DNA of 64,000 bases, taken from NCBI GenBank assembly GCA_034090985.1, contig JAXDRN010000009.1, forward strand, positions 11,563 through 75,562, in the 5' to 3' direction. Shown here piece by piece: positions 28,100 through 36,888 of this stretch. The number at the start of each line of letters is the position of its first letter. The stretch's first letter is position 1. The DNA is from Rothia sp. (in: high G+C Gram-positive bacteria). Its GTDB lineage: Bacteria; Actinomycetota; Actinomycetes; Actinomycetales; Micrococcaceae. Both the position numbers and the translations under genes were made by a program. The notes under the pieces are model-generated. The model was not told the origin of the DNA. It did not search any database and saw only the letters and a list, made by a program, of their open reading frames with translations.

Positions 28100-29707
28100 G
28101 TGAATAACCAAGCCGCCTCAACCGTCCTCAGCCTCAAAGAGGCCTTCACCGAGCAGGCCCTCAAAGCCCGCCTAGGCGTCCATGACCTAAGCCTGCCAGC
28201 CCGGGGCTGGATCCCCCTGCTGCTCGTCTTCCTCTTTGCCGCCCTACTGCGCTTCTACAACCTGGCCAACCCCAACGCCATTGTCTTTGACGAAACCTAC
28301 TACGCAAAAGACGCCTATTCCCTGCTCCACTACGGCTACGAACGCAACTGGGCTGAAAACGCCAACCAGTCCTTCGTTGCCGGGGCCCCCAGCGGAATCC
28401 TCGACAGCGCCGAATACGTTGTTCACCCTCCGGTCGGCAAATGGATGATTGCCTTCGGCATGGCCCTCTTTGGGGACGATAACCCCTTTGGCTGGAGGTT
28501 CGCCGCAGCCCTCACCGGCACCCTCTCCATCGGCCTCGTAATGCTAGCAGCCTGGTTCCTCTTCCGCTCCCTGCCAGTAGCGAGCCTGGCTGGTTTTCTA
28601 CTCGCTATTGACGGGCTGCACCTGGTTCAGTCCCGCTTTGCCCTGCTCGATATTTTCCTCATGTTCTGGCTCCTAGCCACCTTCCTGGCCCTCCTGGCAG
28701 ACCGCCACCAGGGGCGAAAAAGGCTAGCCCAGGCAATCGCCGCCCGGGCCCAGGCCCAGGGGGGCCTAGCTGACCAGGACTATATGCGCTACGGGCCCTT
28801 CCTGGGCTTCCGCTACTGGAGGTTCCTGGCAGGTATCTGCGCTGGCCTGGCAGTGGGCGTCAAATGGAATGCCCTCTTCTTTATTGCCATTTTTGGGATT
28901 CTGACCGTCCTCTGGGACGCCCAGGCCCGCCGTCTAGCTGGAGTTTCCCGCTGGTATCTGGCAGGCTTCTTCCGCGATGGCTTTTTTGCCTTCTGCTCCC
29001 TGATTGGGGTTGGCCTCATTACCTACCTGCTGACCTGGTCTGGCTGGCTTCTGACTGACTCTGGCTACCACCGCCAGTGGGCGGCCGAGCACCCCCAAGA
29101 GGGCCTACTCTGGTTGCCTGAGTCCCTGCGTTCCCTCTGGGAGTACCACCGCTCTGCCTACACCTTCCATTCCGGCCTGGATTCTGACCACACCTATGAG
29201 TCCCCGGCCTGGCAGTGGCTCCTCTTGGGCAGGCCCACAAGCTACTACTATGAGTCACCCAAGCTGGGAGAAAATGGCTGCCAGGTAGATTCCTGTTCAG
29301 AGGCTGTCTTAAACATTGGCAACCCCCTGATCTGGTGGGCTTTTATCTTTGTTCTTCTCTTTGCCCTCTTCCTGCTTCTGCTACGGCGGGACTGGAGATT
29401 CCTGGCCCTGCTGGCCGTCTTTGCAGCTGGCTACCTTCCCTGGTTCGCCTACCCTGAGCGCACCATGTTCTTCTTCTACGCCCTCTCCTTTGAGCCCTAC
29501 CTGGTTCTGATGCTAGCTGGTCTGCTGGGCTTTGCCCTAGGCAGAAGGGAAGATAGCCTCAAGCGCAGGCGTCTAGGCCTGCTCCTAGTCGGTCTCTACC
29601 TGGCTGCTGTGCTGCTGGTTTCTATCCATTTCTGGCCGATTTGGGTGGCTGAGACGATCCCCTACAGCCAGTGGCGGGCCCGTATGTGGTTTAGCGGCTG
29701 GATCTAA
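28100..29707 (+). CDS. pmt: Dolichyl-phosphate-mannose-protein mannosyltransferase (protein O-mannosyltransferase)
   Basis: VFDETYYAKDA, VHPPVGKWMIA, SRFALLDIF, H.YES.AWQW; many TM helices; divergent from rsmI as in other Actinobacteria. Confidence 0.92.
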   Translation: MNNQAASTVLSLKEAFTEQALKARLGVHDLSLPARGWIPLLLVFLFAALLRFYNLANPNAIVFDETYYAKDAYSLLHYGYERNWAENANQSFVAGAPSGILDSAEYVVHPPVGKWMIAFGMALFGDDNPFGWRFAAALTGTLSIGLVMLAAWFLFRSLPVASLAGFLLAIDGLHLVQSRFALLDIFLMFWLLATFLALLADRHQGRKRLAQAIAARAQAQGGLADQDYMRYGPFLGFRYWRFLAGICAGLAVGVKWNALFFIAIFGILTVLWDAQARRLAGVSRWYLAGFFRDGFFAFCSLIGVGLITYLLTWSGWLLTDSGYHRQWAAEHPQEGLLWLPESLRSLWEYHRSAYTFHSGLDSDHTYESPAWQWLLLGRPTSYYYESPKLGENGCQVDSCSEAVLNIGNPLIWWAFIFVLLFALFLLLLRRDWRFLALLAVFAAGYLPWFAYPERTMFFFYALSFEPYLVLMLAGLLGFALGRREDSLKRRRLGLLLVGLYLAAVLLVSIHFWPIWVAETIPYSQWRARMWFSGWI

Positions 29708-29711
29708 AGAG

Positions 29712-29742
29712 AAGGACCCCAGGCTTGGCTGGGGTCCTTTTT
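29712..29742 (+). terminator. Rho-independent terminator after pmt
   Basis: AAGGACCCCA...TGGGGTCCTT followed by T-run. Confidence 0.75.
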
Positions 29743-29767
29743 CTTGCCCTGGTTTCTTGCCCTGGGC

Positions 29768-30922
29768 TTAGGCGCTGAGGAATTCTTTGACTTCCTGGCG
29801 CTGGGCCCGCCGCCGCTGGGCCTCTAGCCGCCTGCCCTTGGTAGGCCAGGTCAGAATGAGTAGCAGGACGGTCAGCAGCAGGCTCAGGCCAGCTAGGCCG
29901 ATTGCTGCGTCAATCCAGAACTGAGGCGGGTAGAGGCGAATGAGGGTGTCTGAGAGCCTGAACTGCCAGTTGCCCTGGGGGAAAAAGATCTGGTGGAAGT
30001 GGGTAAAGAAGCCTTCCCAGCCAGTTAGGCCAATGAGGCCTAGGGCTAGCAGAAGCAGAAGGCTGAGCCAGGCTCCCCCAAAGAGGCTGCTGCGGATGAC
30101 CCCCGGAGCCCGGCGCCTCAGGCCGGTGGCTGCAAGCAGGGCCAGCAGGAGGGTCAGAAGGGCTAGGGCCCCGCTCAGGTGCATCAGCTCTTTGACGTCT
30201 GTCATGTGGGCTACTTCTGTAGCCTGAAAGATGAGCTTGCCCTGGCTACTGATCTCTGAAAGGTAGCTGGCCGGGGCAAAGTTGAGAATGTAGTCTAGCC
30301 CGTAGGAGCCCAGGCGGAGTCTTTCCTGGCTATCAAAGCCGTAACTATCTGCCGGGAAGCCTGGCCGCTGGTATTCAAACCAGAGGAAGGGGTGGCTGGC
30401 GATAGCCCGTATAGACAGGCTGAGGGTGAGCAGGGGAACAGCCAGGGCAAGCAGGGCCCGGCGGGCCCAGAGCAGGCGGGGCCTATCTTCTAGGGCCTCC
30501 TGCCGCAGGGCCTGCACCTTTTCTTCTGCCTCTTGTTCAGCCCCTGAGCTAGCTTCCGCTGCCCTGGAGTAAGAAGCTGACTCTGAGCTTAGCAGGGGAG
30601 CTGCTTCAGAAGGTCCCACCTGAGGGCCGCTAGCCTCCTGGCCCTTCTGCTGGGGCTGGTCAGCCCCCTGGCCCCCGGCAGGCTGGGCGCTAGATGGCTG
30701 GGAGCTAGGCACTTGCGCCCTAGCCCCTGGGGCTGCAACTTCTGGGCCAGCAGCTTCTGGGGCTGCGGCTTCTGAGGCCAGGCCCCGCTCAGCCCGGCGG
30801 GCTGATAGTAGGCTGTCGGCTGCTGCCGGTTGCAGGGCCGGAGAGAGAACTTCCCAGTCCTTAGCCCCTTCTGGCCCTCTGTCTGCTCGGTCGGCAGCTC
30901 TCTTGCTAGCATCAGGGTCCAT
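29768..30922 (-). CDS. TIGR01906/DUF1461-type membrane protein with low-complexity N-terminal extension
   Basis: HMTDVKEL, FFTHFHQIFF..GNW.F..DTLIRLYP.QFW. Confidence 0.75.
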   Translation of the reverse strand: MDPDASKRAADRADRGPEGAKDWEVLSPALQPAAADSLLSARRAERGLASEAAAPEAAGPEVAAPGARAQVPSSQPSSAQPAGGQGADQPQQKGQEASGPQVGPSEAAPLLSSESASYSRAAEASSGAEQEAEEKVQALRQEALEDRPRLLWARRALLALAVPLLTLSLSIRAIASHPFLWFEYQRPGFPADSYGFDSQERLRLGSYGLDYILNFAPASYLSEISSQGKLIFQATEVAHMTDVKELMHLSGALALLTLLLALLAATGLRRRAPGVIRSSLFGGAWLSLLLLLALGLIGLTGWEGFFTHFHQIFFPQGNWQFRLSDTLIRLYPPQFWIDAAIGLAGLSLLLTVLLLILTWPTKGRRLEAQRRRAQRQEVKEFLSA

Positions 30923-31022
30923 GATTTTTTCTCCCTAGGGATTAGTGCGTGGGCTCTTGAGGGCTGAGGGGGAAGAAGGGGGGCTGGGAAGTGCGGCAGG
31001 GGTTTCTAGCGGCCTGTAGGGG

Positions 31023-32261
31023 CTACCAGTTGCCCCTCCAGCTGGCGTCCTGGTAGTTGGCGAAGGGAATGTTCCAGTCCCCGTAGCCATCGTCCGGGTC
31101 TGCCTGGGGGTAACCGGTATTCACTGTTTCTACAATGTCTCCTACCCCAAAGGTGTCGTAGAAGAATTTCACGTCTTCAGGCAGCATACCGATACAGCCG
31201 TGGGAGGCATTGGCGTAGCCCACTACCGGCCAGGCACTCGGTAGGGCCTGGTGAACAAAGACGCCGCTTTGGGTCAGACGGGAGGTCCAGGAGGCCCAGA
31301 AGGGCTCGTAGTAATGGGGGTCGCCCTCTTCAAGGTCCAGGGAGCCTGGGTTGAAGTAGTAGCTTTCTGCCTTCTCAATAATGGGTAGCTGACCCACAAC
31401 TGAGGGCCACTCGGTGTTGCCAAGGGTGATGGGAGATTCCCTGACTAAGACATCATCAACATACATTTTGATGGTCTTGGTGTAGTTATCTGCCAGGGCG
31501 TAGCGCTTATTCCAGGTCTTAAAGCTGCGGGTAGTGGTGTGGTTACCAATCATCCCGTTACCGATATCTAGGCCAAAGAGATCTACGGTCAGGGTAACAG
31601 TTGAGTTAGGAGCCCACTTATTTTCAGGCCGGTAGCGGACCATGTAGTCGTTGTACCAGCGGAACTTACCTGCCTGGTCGCCACCGCCGCTTACCTTGAT
31701 CCGCTTCTCAACTTCTGCCTTGTTAATGACCGGCTCAGAGAAGTTCAGTTCAATAATCTTGCCAATGCCGAAGCTGGCCCCGTCCTCAAAGTTAATGAGG
31801 GCGTTAGCCTCGTAGGGGGCTGATGTGGTTGAGAAGCTGCTCTCCCCCTGGCCGCTGGCCCCTTGGGCGTCCTGAGCCTGCCAGCTGACGGTGTAGGTGC
31901 TGTTAAAGGTCATGTTGGCCTTTGAGGTCCAGCTCTTGCCGTCTTCAGCAAGCTGCCCTTCAAGTTCCTGGCCCTGGTCGTTGCTGACCTTGACCTGAGT
32001 CAGGGTGGAGTCGCTGCTGGTCACCTGCACAAGCTCAATGGGGTTGACCTCTAGCTGGTCTAGGGCAGGGCTTACAAGGACCGTACCGCTAAAGGCCCGG
32101 CTGGGGCTGGGGGTAGAGCTTGCGGTAGCTGATGAGCTGGGGGCTGCTGCCTGCTCTTGGGCAGGGCTACTGCAGGCGGCAAGGGTCAGGCCGCCTAGAC
32201 CGCCGACTGCGACGAAGGCCCGGCGGTTAAAAACCTTCTGGGGGGAGTGAGGCTTTACCAC
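31023..32261 (-). CDS. L,D-transpeptidase lipoprotein (Ig-like + YkuD domains)
   Basis: Twin-Arg RRAF plus lipobox LAAC; GVFVH...ASHGCIG catalytic motif. Confidence 0.88.
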   Translation of the reverse strand: MVKPHSPQKVFNRRAFVAVGGLGGLTLAACSSPAQEQAAAPSSSATASSTPSPSRAFSGTVLVSPALDQLEVNPIELVQVTSSDSTLTQVKVSNDQGQELEGQLAEDGKSWTSKANMTFNSTYTVSWQAQDAQGASGQGESSFSTTSAPYEANALINFEDGASFGIGKIIELNFSEPVINKAEVEKRIKVSGGGDQAGKFRWYNDYMVRYRPENKWAPNSTVTLTVDLFGLDIGNGMIGNHTTTRSFKTWNKRYALADNYTKTIKMYVDDVLVRESPITLGNTEWPSVVGQLPIIEKAESYYFNPGSLDLEEGDPHYYEPFWASWTSRLTQSGVFVHQALPSAWPVVGYANASHGCIGMLPEDVKFFYDTFGVGDIVETVNTGYPQADPDDGYGDWNIPFANYQDASWRGNW

Positions 32262-32278
32262 GAATTGTTCTCTTTCCT

Positions 32279-32524
32279 CTAAAGGGTGGTGGTGTTCTGG
32301 GACTGGTCAGTAGCTAGCTGGCTGCTGACCCCCTGGCGAAGGACGCTCCAGCCCTGGGGGGCGGTAAGTCGGTCTGCATGGAACTGGCAGAGGTCGTAGG
32401 CGTGGGGCTCCCGGTGTTCAGAAAGGGGGCCGATCACTGCCGTTGATTCTGCGTAAGCATAGGTGAGGGTGTAGATAGCCTCACGCTGGCAGGTTTGACG
32501 TGAGCACTGGCGGCTGGATGCCAT
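32279..32524 (-). CDS. DUF3499 family protein
   Basis: RQCSR..C...A..TLTYAY..STAVIGPL...EPHAYDLC..HA.RLTAP.GW; start moved to ATG 32524. Confidence 0.8.
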   Translation of the reverse strand: MASSRQCSRQTCQREAIYTLTYAYAESTAVIGPLSEHREPHAYDLCQFHADRLTAPQGWSVLRQGVSSQLATDQSQNTTTL

Positions 32525-32543
32525 GAGGGGACGTCCTTCTTTC

Positions 32544-33011
32544 TTAGATCGTTTGCTTACGGAGGCGGCGGCGTTCCCGCTCTGATAGACCGCCCCAGAT
32601 GCCGAAGCGTTCGTCGTTTTCCATGGCGTATTGAAGGCAGGCTTCCCTGACGGGGCATTCGCTACAGACCCTCTTGGCGTCCCGGGTCGATCCGCCCTTT
32701 TCGGGGAAGAAGGCTTCAGGGTCGGTCTGGGCGCAGAGGGCATCTGCCTGCCAGGATAGTTCCCCTTCGTCTCCTTCAGTGCTATAGATTCCAGCAGCCT
32801 GCTGCCAGAGTGAGAGGGTGTCTTCGTCTGAGGCGAACAAATCAGTTGAAGCACCCGATGAGCTTGCCCGGCCCCGCCCCTTAGGGGCAGCAGCCTTGAG
32901 CAGAGCATTGGCTTGTTCTTCGAGGTGGTGGGTGGAGTGCATGGTCTGGTGTTGGGCCGATCCGGAGCGATAGCCGGCAGCGTCCTGGGTGAGGCGACTG
33001 TGTAGGCCCAT
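32544..33011 (-). CDS. whiB2: WhiB family Fe-S transcription regulator (WhiB2/WhmD ortholog)
   Basis: WQADALCAQTDPEAFFPEKGGSTRDAKRVC..C.V...CL..A..NDERFGIWGGLSERERRRL. Confidence 0.9.
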   Translation of the reverse strand: MGLHSRLTQDAAGYRSGSAQHQTMHSTHHLEEQANALLKAAAPKGRGRASSSGASTDLFASDEDTLSLWQQAAGIYSTEGDEGELSWQADALCAQTDPEAFFPEKGGSTRDAKRVCSECPVREACLQYAMENDERFGIWGGLSERERRRLRKQTI

Positions 33012-33174
33012 TGTATTCCCTTTCATATCCCGTGGAGGACTGAATCTTGAACGAAAGGGCCCACAGTGTAGGCCCCAACGATGGTTACTGCTATCCGGCC
33101 TATTTTCTGCTCACGACCCGTGGCGGGCTAGGCAGAGGGATAGGTCAGTAGCTAAAAAATATTCCCTGCACCTA

Positions 33175-33204
33175 ATTACACGCGTGTTGCGCCCCATTCG
33201 TCAA
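33175..33204 (-). promoter_or_regulatory. Putative housekeeping-sigma promoter for whiB2
   Basis: TTGACG-N18-TGTAAT on the minus strand, with palindrome ACACGCGTGT overlapping the spacer and -10 box. Confidence 0.5.
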
Positions 33205-33323
33205 GCTGAGAGGAAAAATTCATCTGAAACCTAAGTTTTTTAGACAAAAATTTGCGTTTCCCTGTGGTATATGCAAAGAATTTGCCTCTTGGGTTCTGGC
33301 CTCAGCTGCCTTAGAGTTAGGGC

Positions 33324-34094
33324 ATGACTACTCAGAGCCCCTTTAAGTCCTTTCCTGCCTTCTTCGACCAGTTGGCCCGCCGGCAGGAACCTGCCCTGAT
33401 CTGGTACTCAGAGCCTGGCGAGCGCCTGGAATTTTCTGGCCGGGTCTTAGATAACTGGGTGGCTAAGACTCTTGGCCTGCTTGAGGAGGAGGGGGAGCTT
33501 GAGCCCGGCTCCTGTCTGCTGCTGCCTAAGGAGCTTCATTGGAGGTCTCTGCTGCTGGCCTTAGCTGCTATTAGGTTGGGTGCCAGGGTGGTTTTCGCCG
33601 CTGAGCTCTCTGCTGCTGAGCTTGCTGAGCTTAGCCCGGGCCTGCTGGTGACTTTTGATCCTTCTGATCTTGATCCGGCCTTGGCTAGCTGGCGGGTTTT
33701 GGCCCTGCCCCGTCAGCCCCTGGCGACTTCTTTTGGGTCTGCCCTGCCTGCTGGTGTTCTTGATTATGCAGCATTGGTTCCGGCTTTTCCTGATCAGGTC
33801 TGGTCTGTGCTAGAGGCTGAGCCTGCTGATCTGCTGCTGGGGGATTTGAGCCTTGGGCAGGTCAGTGGGCAGCTGGGTGTGAGGGCCGCTGAGGTGCGGG
33901 CCTTAGCTGCCCAGGAGGGGGTGCTTTCCTTCTGGGGTCAGGGGGAGGTCTTGGGGACCTCCTTCTTGCTTGAGGCTTTGGCTGTTTGGGCTGCTGGGTC
34001 TGGTTTTTTGCTGCTTGATCCGGCTGCTTCTTGGCCCAAGGAGCGGCTTAGTCGAGTTTTGGGCGACGAAGGGGCCCGGCCTCTTCTGGCCTGA
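33324..34094 (+). CDS. TIGR03089 family protein (acyl-CoA synthetase-like fragment)
   Basis: PALIWY...GERLEFSGRVLDNWVAKT...LL; LPxHWR; divergent from whiB2. Confidence 0.75.
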   Translation: MTTQSPFKSFPAFFDQLARRQEPALIWYSEPGERLEFSGRVLDNWVAKTLGLLEEEGELEPGSCLLLPKELHWRSLLLALAAIRLGARVVFAAELSAAELAELSPGLLVTFDPSDLDPALASWRVLALPRQPLATSFGSALPAGVLDYAALVPAFPDQVWSVLEAEPADLLLGDLSLGQVSGQLGVRAAEVRALAAQEGVLSFWGQGEVLGTSFLLEALAVWAAGSGFLLLDPAASWPKERLSRVLGDEGARPLLA

Positions 34095-34623
34095 TGATCG
34101 GTAGGGAGCCGGTCATGATTTTGGTGGCTTCTGTGAGCAGTTCGGCTCTTTCTTCTTCTGCTGTTTTATCTGCTAGGTGTTTTCTAGATTGGGAGAAGAC
34201 CCAGAACTTGTAGAGGAAGTAGCGGACGATGGTGCCTAGGATGGTGCCGATGATGGTGCCAGAGATGAAGGAGGCGGTGGGGCTTGTGAGGTGTAGGACG
34301 TAGACGCTAAAGAGGACGCAGGCTGCTTCTACGCCGATGCCGATGGCGTTGACGATGCCAAATTCGATGGCTTCTCGGACCTTGTTACCGGTTCGTTTTT
34401 CTCTGAAGGTCCAGAGGCGGTTAGCTATCCAGGAGAAGATGGTGGCGACGATGCCTGCTACAACCTTGGCCTTGGCGTGGCCGTCGGCGAAGATGGAGTG
34501 CATCAGGCTCCAGGTGACCAGGGAGTTAATCAGGAAGGCTAGTCCGCCGACGGTGAGGAACTGGAGGACTTCCCTACCGTGGCTTGCCCAAAGTAGGCCC
34601 AGTCGTTGGCTGAGTGTCTTCAT
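34048..34623 (-). CDS. GtrA family small flippase-like protein
   Basis: QFLTVGGLAFLIN, ANRLWTF, RYFLYKFWVF; start moved to ATG 34623. Confidence 0.82.
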   Translation of the reverse strand: MKTLSQRLGLLWASHGREVLQFLTVGGLAFLINSLVTWSLMHSIFADGHAKAKVVAGIVATIFSWIANRLWTFREKRTGNKVREAIEFGIVNAIGIGVEAACVLFSVYVLHLTSPTASFISGTIIGTILGTIVRYFLYKFWVFSQSRKHLADKTAEEERAELLTEATKIMTGSLPIIRPEEAGPLRRPKLD

Positions 34624-34864
34624 GCTTTCTCCCTTGCGTGGCCTAACGGGTGCTCTAGCTGGTCCCGCTTGTGTCAGCTGCTTGCCTTTTCTGGGTCTGG
34701 CGGGTTGGGGTAGAGCATTGTTCACCATGATACAGCTGTGGGCTTCTTCTTTTCTGCCTGCTCTGACTGAGTGTTTTCTTATAGGGCCCTGATTGCCCGC
34801 TTCTGGGGGTATCAGGATTTAGGAGGGCTTTTACAAGGGCCTTGTGGCCCGGTAGCCTGGTAGT

Positions 34865-36058
34865 GTGACTTACCCTATGACTGGACCTGTAATTGGTGTT
34901 GTTGGTGCTGGCCAGCTGGCTCGGATGATGGCCCCTGCTGCTACTGAGCTTGGTTTTGACCTGCGGATTTTGGCTGAGGATGAGACTTCTTGTGCCCGGC
35001 GGGCTGTGCCTGATGCCCCTGTTGGTGATTACCGGGATTATGAGACTCTGGCTGCTTTTGCCCGGCAGGTGGATGTTTTGACCTTTGACCATGAGCATGT
35101 TCCTACTGAGTTTTTGCTCCGGCTCATGGATGAGGGGGTCAACGTTCAGCCTAGGCCTTCTGCCCTGGTCTACGCCCAGGACAAGCTTGAGATGAGGAAG
35201 GCTGTTGACCGTTTGGGTCTGCCTAATCCCCTCTGGGCTGAGGTGAAGACCTTAGATGAGCTTCTTTCCTTTGGTCAGGAGCATGGCTGGCCCCTGGTGC
35301 TGAAGACCCCTCGGGGTGGTTATGACGGGAAGGGGGTTATGGTTCTGGATGATGAGGCCCAGGCCCGTAGTCTTTCTGCTGCCTGGTTTGAGCAGCTTCC
35401 TGATCGTAGTGATTTTTCTGCTCTTTTGGTGGAGCAGAAGGTTCCCTTTAGCCGGGAGCTCTCTGCCCTGGTGGCCCGGCGGGATTCGGGGCAGGTTGTG
35501 CCCTGGCCGGTGGTTGAGTCTATTCAGGTGAATTCTGTCTGTGATGAGGTTCTTGCTCCAGCTCCTGGTTTGCCTGCTTCTGTGGCTGAGGCTGTTCAGG
35601 CGGCGGCTGTGAGGGTTGCTAGTGAGCTGGGTGTTACCGGTGTGATGGCCTTGGAGCTTTTTGAGGTTCCGGGTTCTGAGTCTGGTTTTATGATTAATGA
35701 GTTTGCTATGCGCCCCCATAATTCGGGCCACTGGACCCAGGACGGGTCTGTGACAAGCCAGTTTGAGCAGCATTTGCGGGCTGTGGCTGATTTCCCCCTG
35801 GGGGCAACTGATGTAAAGGGCCAGTATGCCCTGATGAAGAATTTCTTGGGTGGTTCTCAGCAGGATATTTTTGGGGTTTACCCTCAGCTGATGGAGGCCT
35901 ACCCGCAGGCTAAGGTTCACTTTTACGGTAAGGCTGTTAAGCCTGGTCGGAAGATTGGCCATATTAACATGGTTGATTCTGGGCAGGGTCTTGATCTTAT
36001 GCGGCAGCAGGCTCAGGCGGCGACCTCTTTGCTGACCGATGGGCCTGCTAGTTCTTAG
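34865..36058 (+). CDS. purK: 5-(carboxyamino)imidazole ribonucleotide synthase
   Basis: GAGQLARMM, TFDHEHV, QDKLEMR, GGYDGKG, NEFAMRPHNSGHWT, KPGRKIGH. Confidence 0.95.
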   Translation: MTYPMTGPVIGVVGAGQLARMMAPAATELGFDLRILAEDETSCARRAVPDAPVGDYRDYETLAAFARQVDVLTFDHEHVPTEFLLRLMDEGVNVQPRPSALVYAQDKLEMRKAVDRLGLPNPLWAEVKTLDELLSFGQEHGWPLVLKTPRGGYDGKGVMVLDDEAQARSLSAAWFEQLPDRSDFSALLVEQKVPFSRELSALVARRDSGQVVPWPVVESIQVNSVCDEVLAPAPGLPASVAEAVQAAAVRVASELGVTGVMALELFEVPGSESGFMINEFAMRPHNSGHWTQDGSVTSQFEQHLRAVADFPLGATDVKGQYALMKNFLGGSQQDIFGVYPQLMEAYPQAKVHFYGKAVKPGRKIGHINMVDSGQGLDLMRQQAQAATSLLTDGPASS

Positions 36059-36130
36059 TTTTTTGGTCGTGTGAACCGGGCCCTGCCCTGGGTTTGGCTC
36101 CTGGTTCACTCAATAGTAAGGAGAGTTCCT

Positions 36131-36742
36131 ATGTCTTCCCCCTATGATTCAGCTCAGCCCCTGGTCGGTATTGTGATGGGCTCTGATTCTGACTGGCCTG
36201 TGATGGAAGCTGCCGCCCAGGTCTTGGAGGAGTTCGGTATTCCCTATGAGGCGGATGTTGTTTCTGCCCACCGGATGCCTGAGGATATGGTGGCCTATGG
36301 CCGTTCTGCCCATCAGCGGGGTATTCGGGTCATTATTGCTGGGGCTGGTGGGGCTGCCCACCTTCCTGGCATGCTGGCCTCTTTGACTCCCCTGCCTGTT
36401 ATTGGGGTTCCGGTCAAGCTGAAGAGCCTTGATGGGATGGATTCCCTGCTCTCTATTGTTCAGATGCCTGCTGGTGTTCCGGTTGCTACCGTCTCAATTG
36501 ATGGGGCTAAGAATGCCGGCCTTTTGGCCCTGCGAATCTTGGGGGCCGCTTCTGATTCTTTTGCCCAGCAGGTGCGCTCTGATTTGGTTGATTTTTCTGC
36601 CTCCTTGCGCCAGGTTGCCCTGGATAAGGGTGCAGCCTTGCGGGCTAAGGTTCAGGAGGCCCAGCAGGAGGGCGGCTCTGCCCCCGCCCCGCTAGCGCCT
36701 TCTACTTCTGCTGCCCCGCAGAAGACCCCTTACGCCCCCTAG
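36131..36742 (+). CDS. purE: 5-(carboxyamino)imidazole ribonucleotide mutase
   Basis: [36 protein letters not shown]; start moved to ATG 36131. Confidence 0.95.
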   Translation: MSSPYDSAQPLVGIVMGSDSDWPVMEAAAQVLEEFGIPYEADVVSAHRMPEDMVAYGRSAHQRGIRVIIAGAGGAAHLPGMLASLTPLPVIGVPVKLKSLDGMDSLLSIVQMPAGVPVATVSIDGAKNAGLLALRILGAASDSFAQQVRSDLVDFSASLRQVALDKGAALRAKVQEAQQEGGSAPAPLAPSTSAAPQKTPYAP

Positions 36743-36888
36743 GGTTAGGTCTCTGGGCTTCTGGCTGGCAGGGTCCTAGGGGCTTGTATCCGGCCTTCGC
36801 CCAGCTTGTGCCGCTAGAGTGGTTGAGCAGTTGATTCTGCTCAACTGCTTTCCTTATTGTTTCAATCCGCTGACTGCAGGGGGAGAAG

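Noticed and set aside
35252-36109. Long antisense ORFs (e.g. 285 aa opposite purK) and many other overlapping track ORFs
   Set aside because: They shadow well-supported genes on the other strand or frame and show no motifs, as expected in GC-rich DNA.
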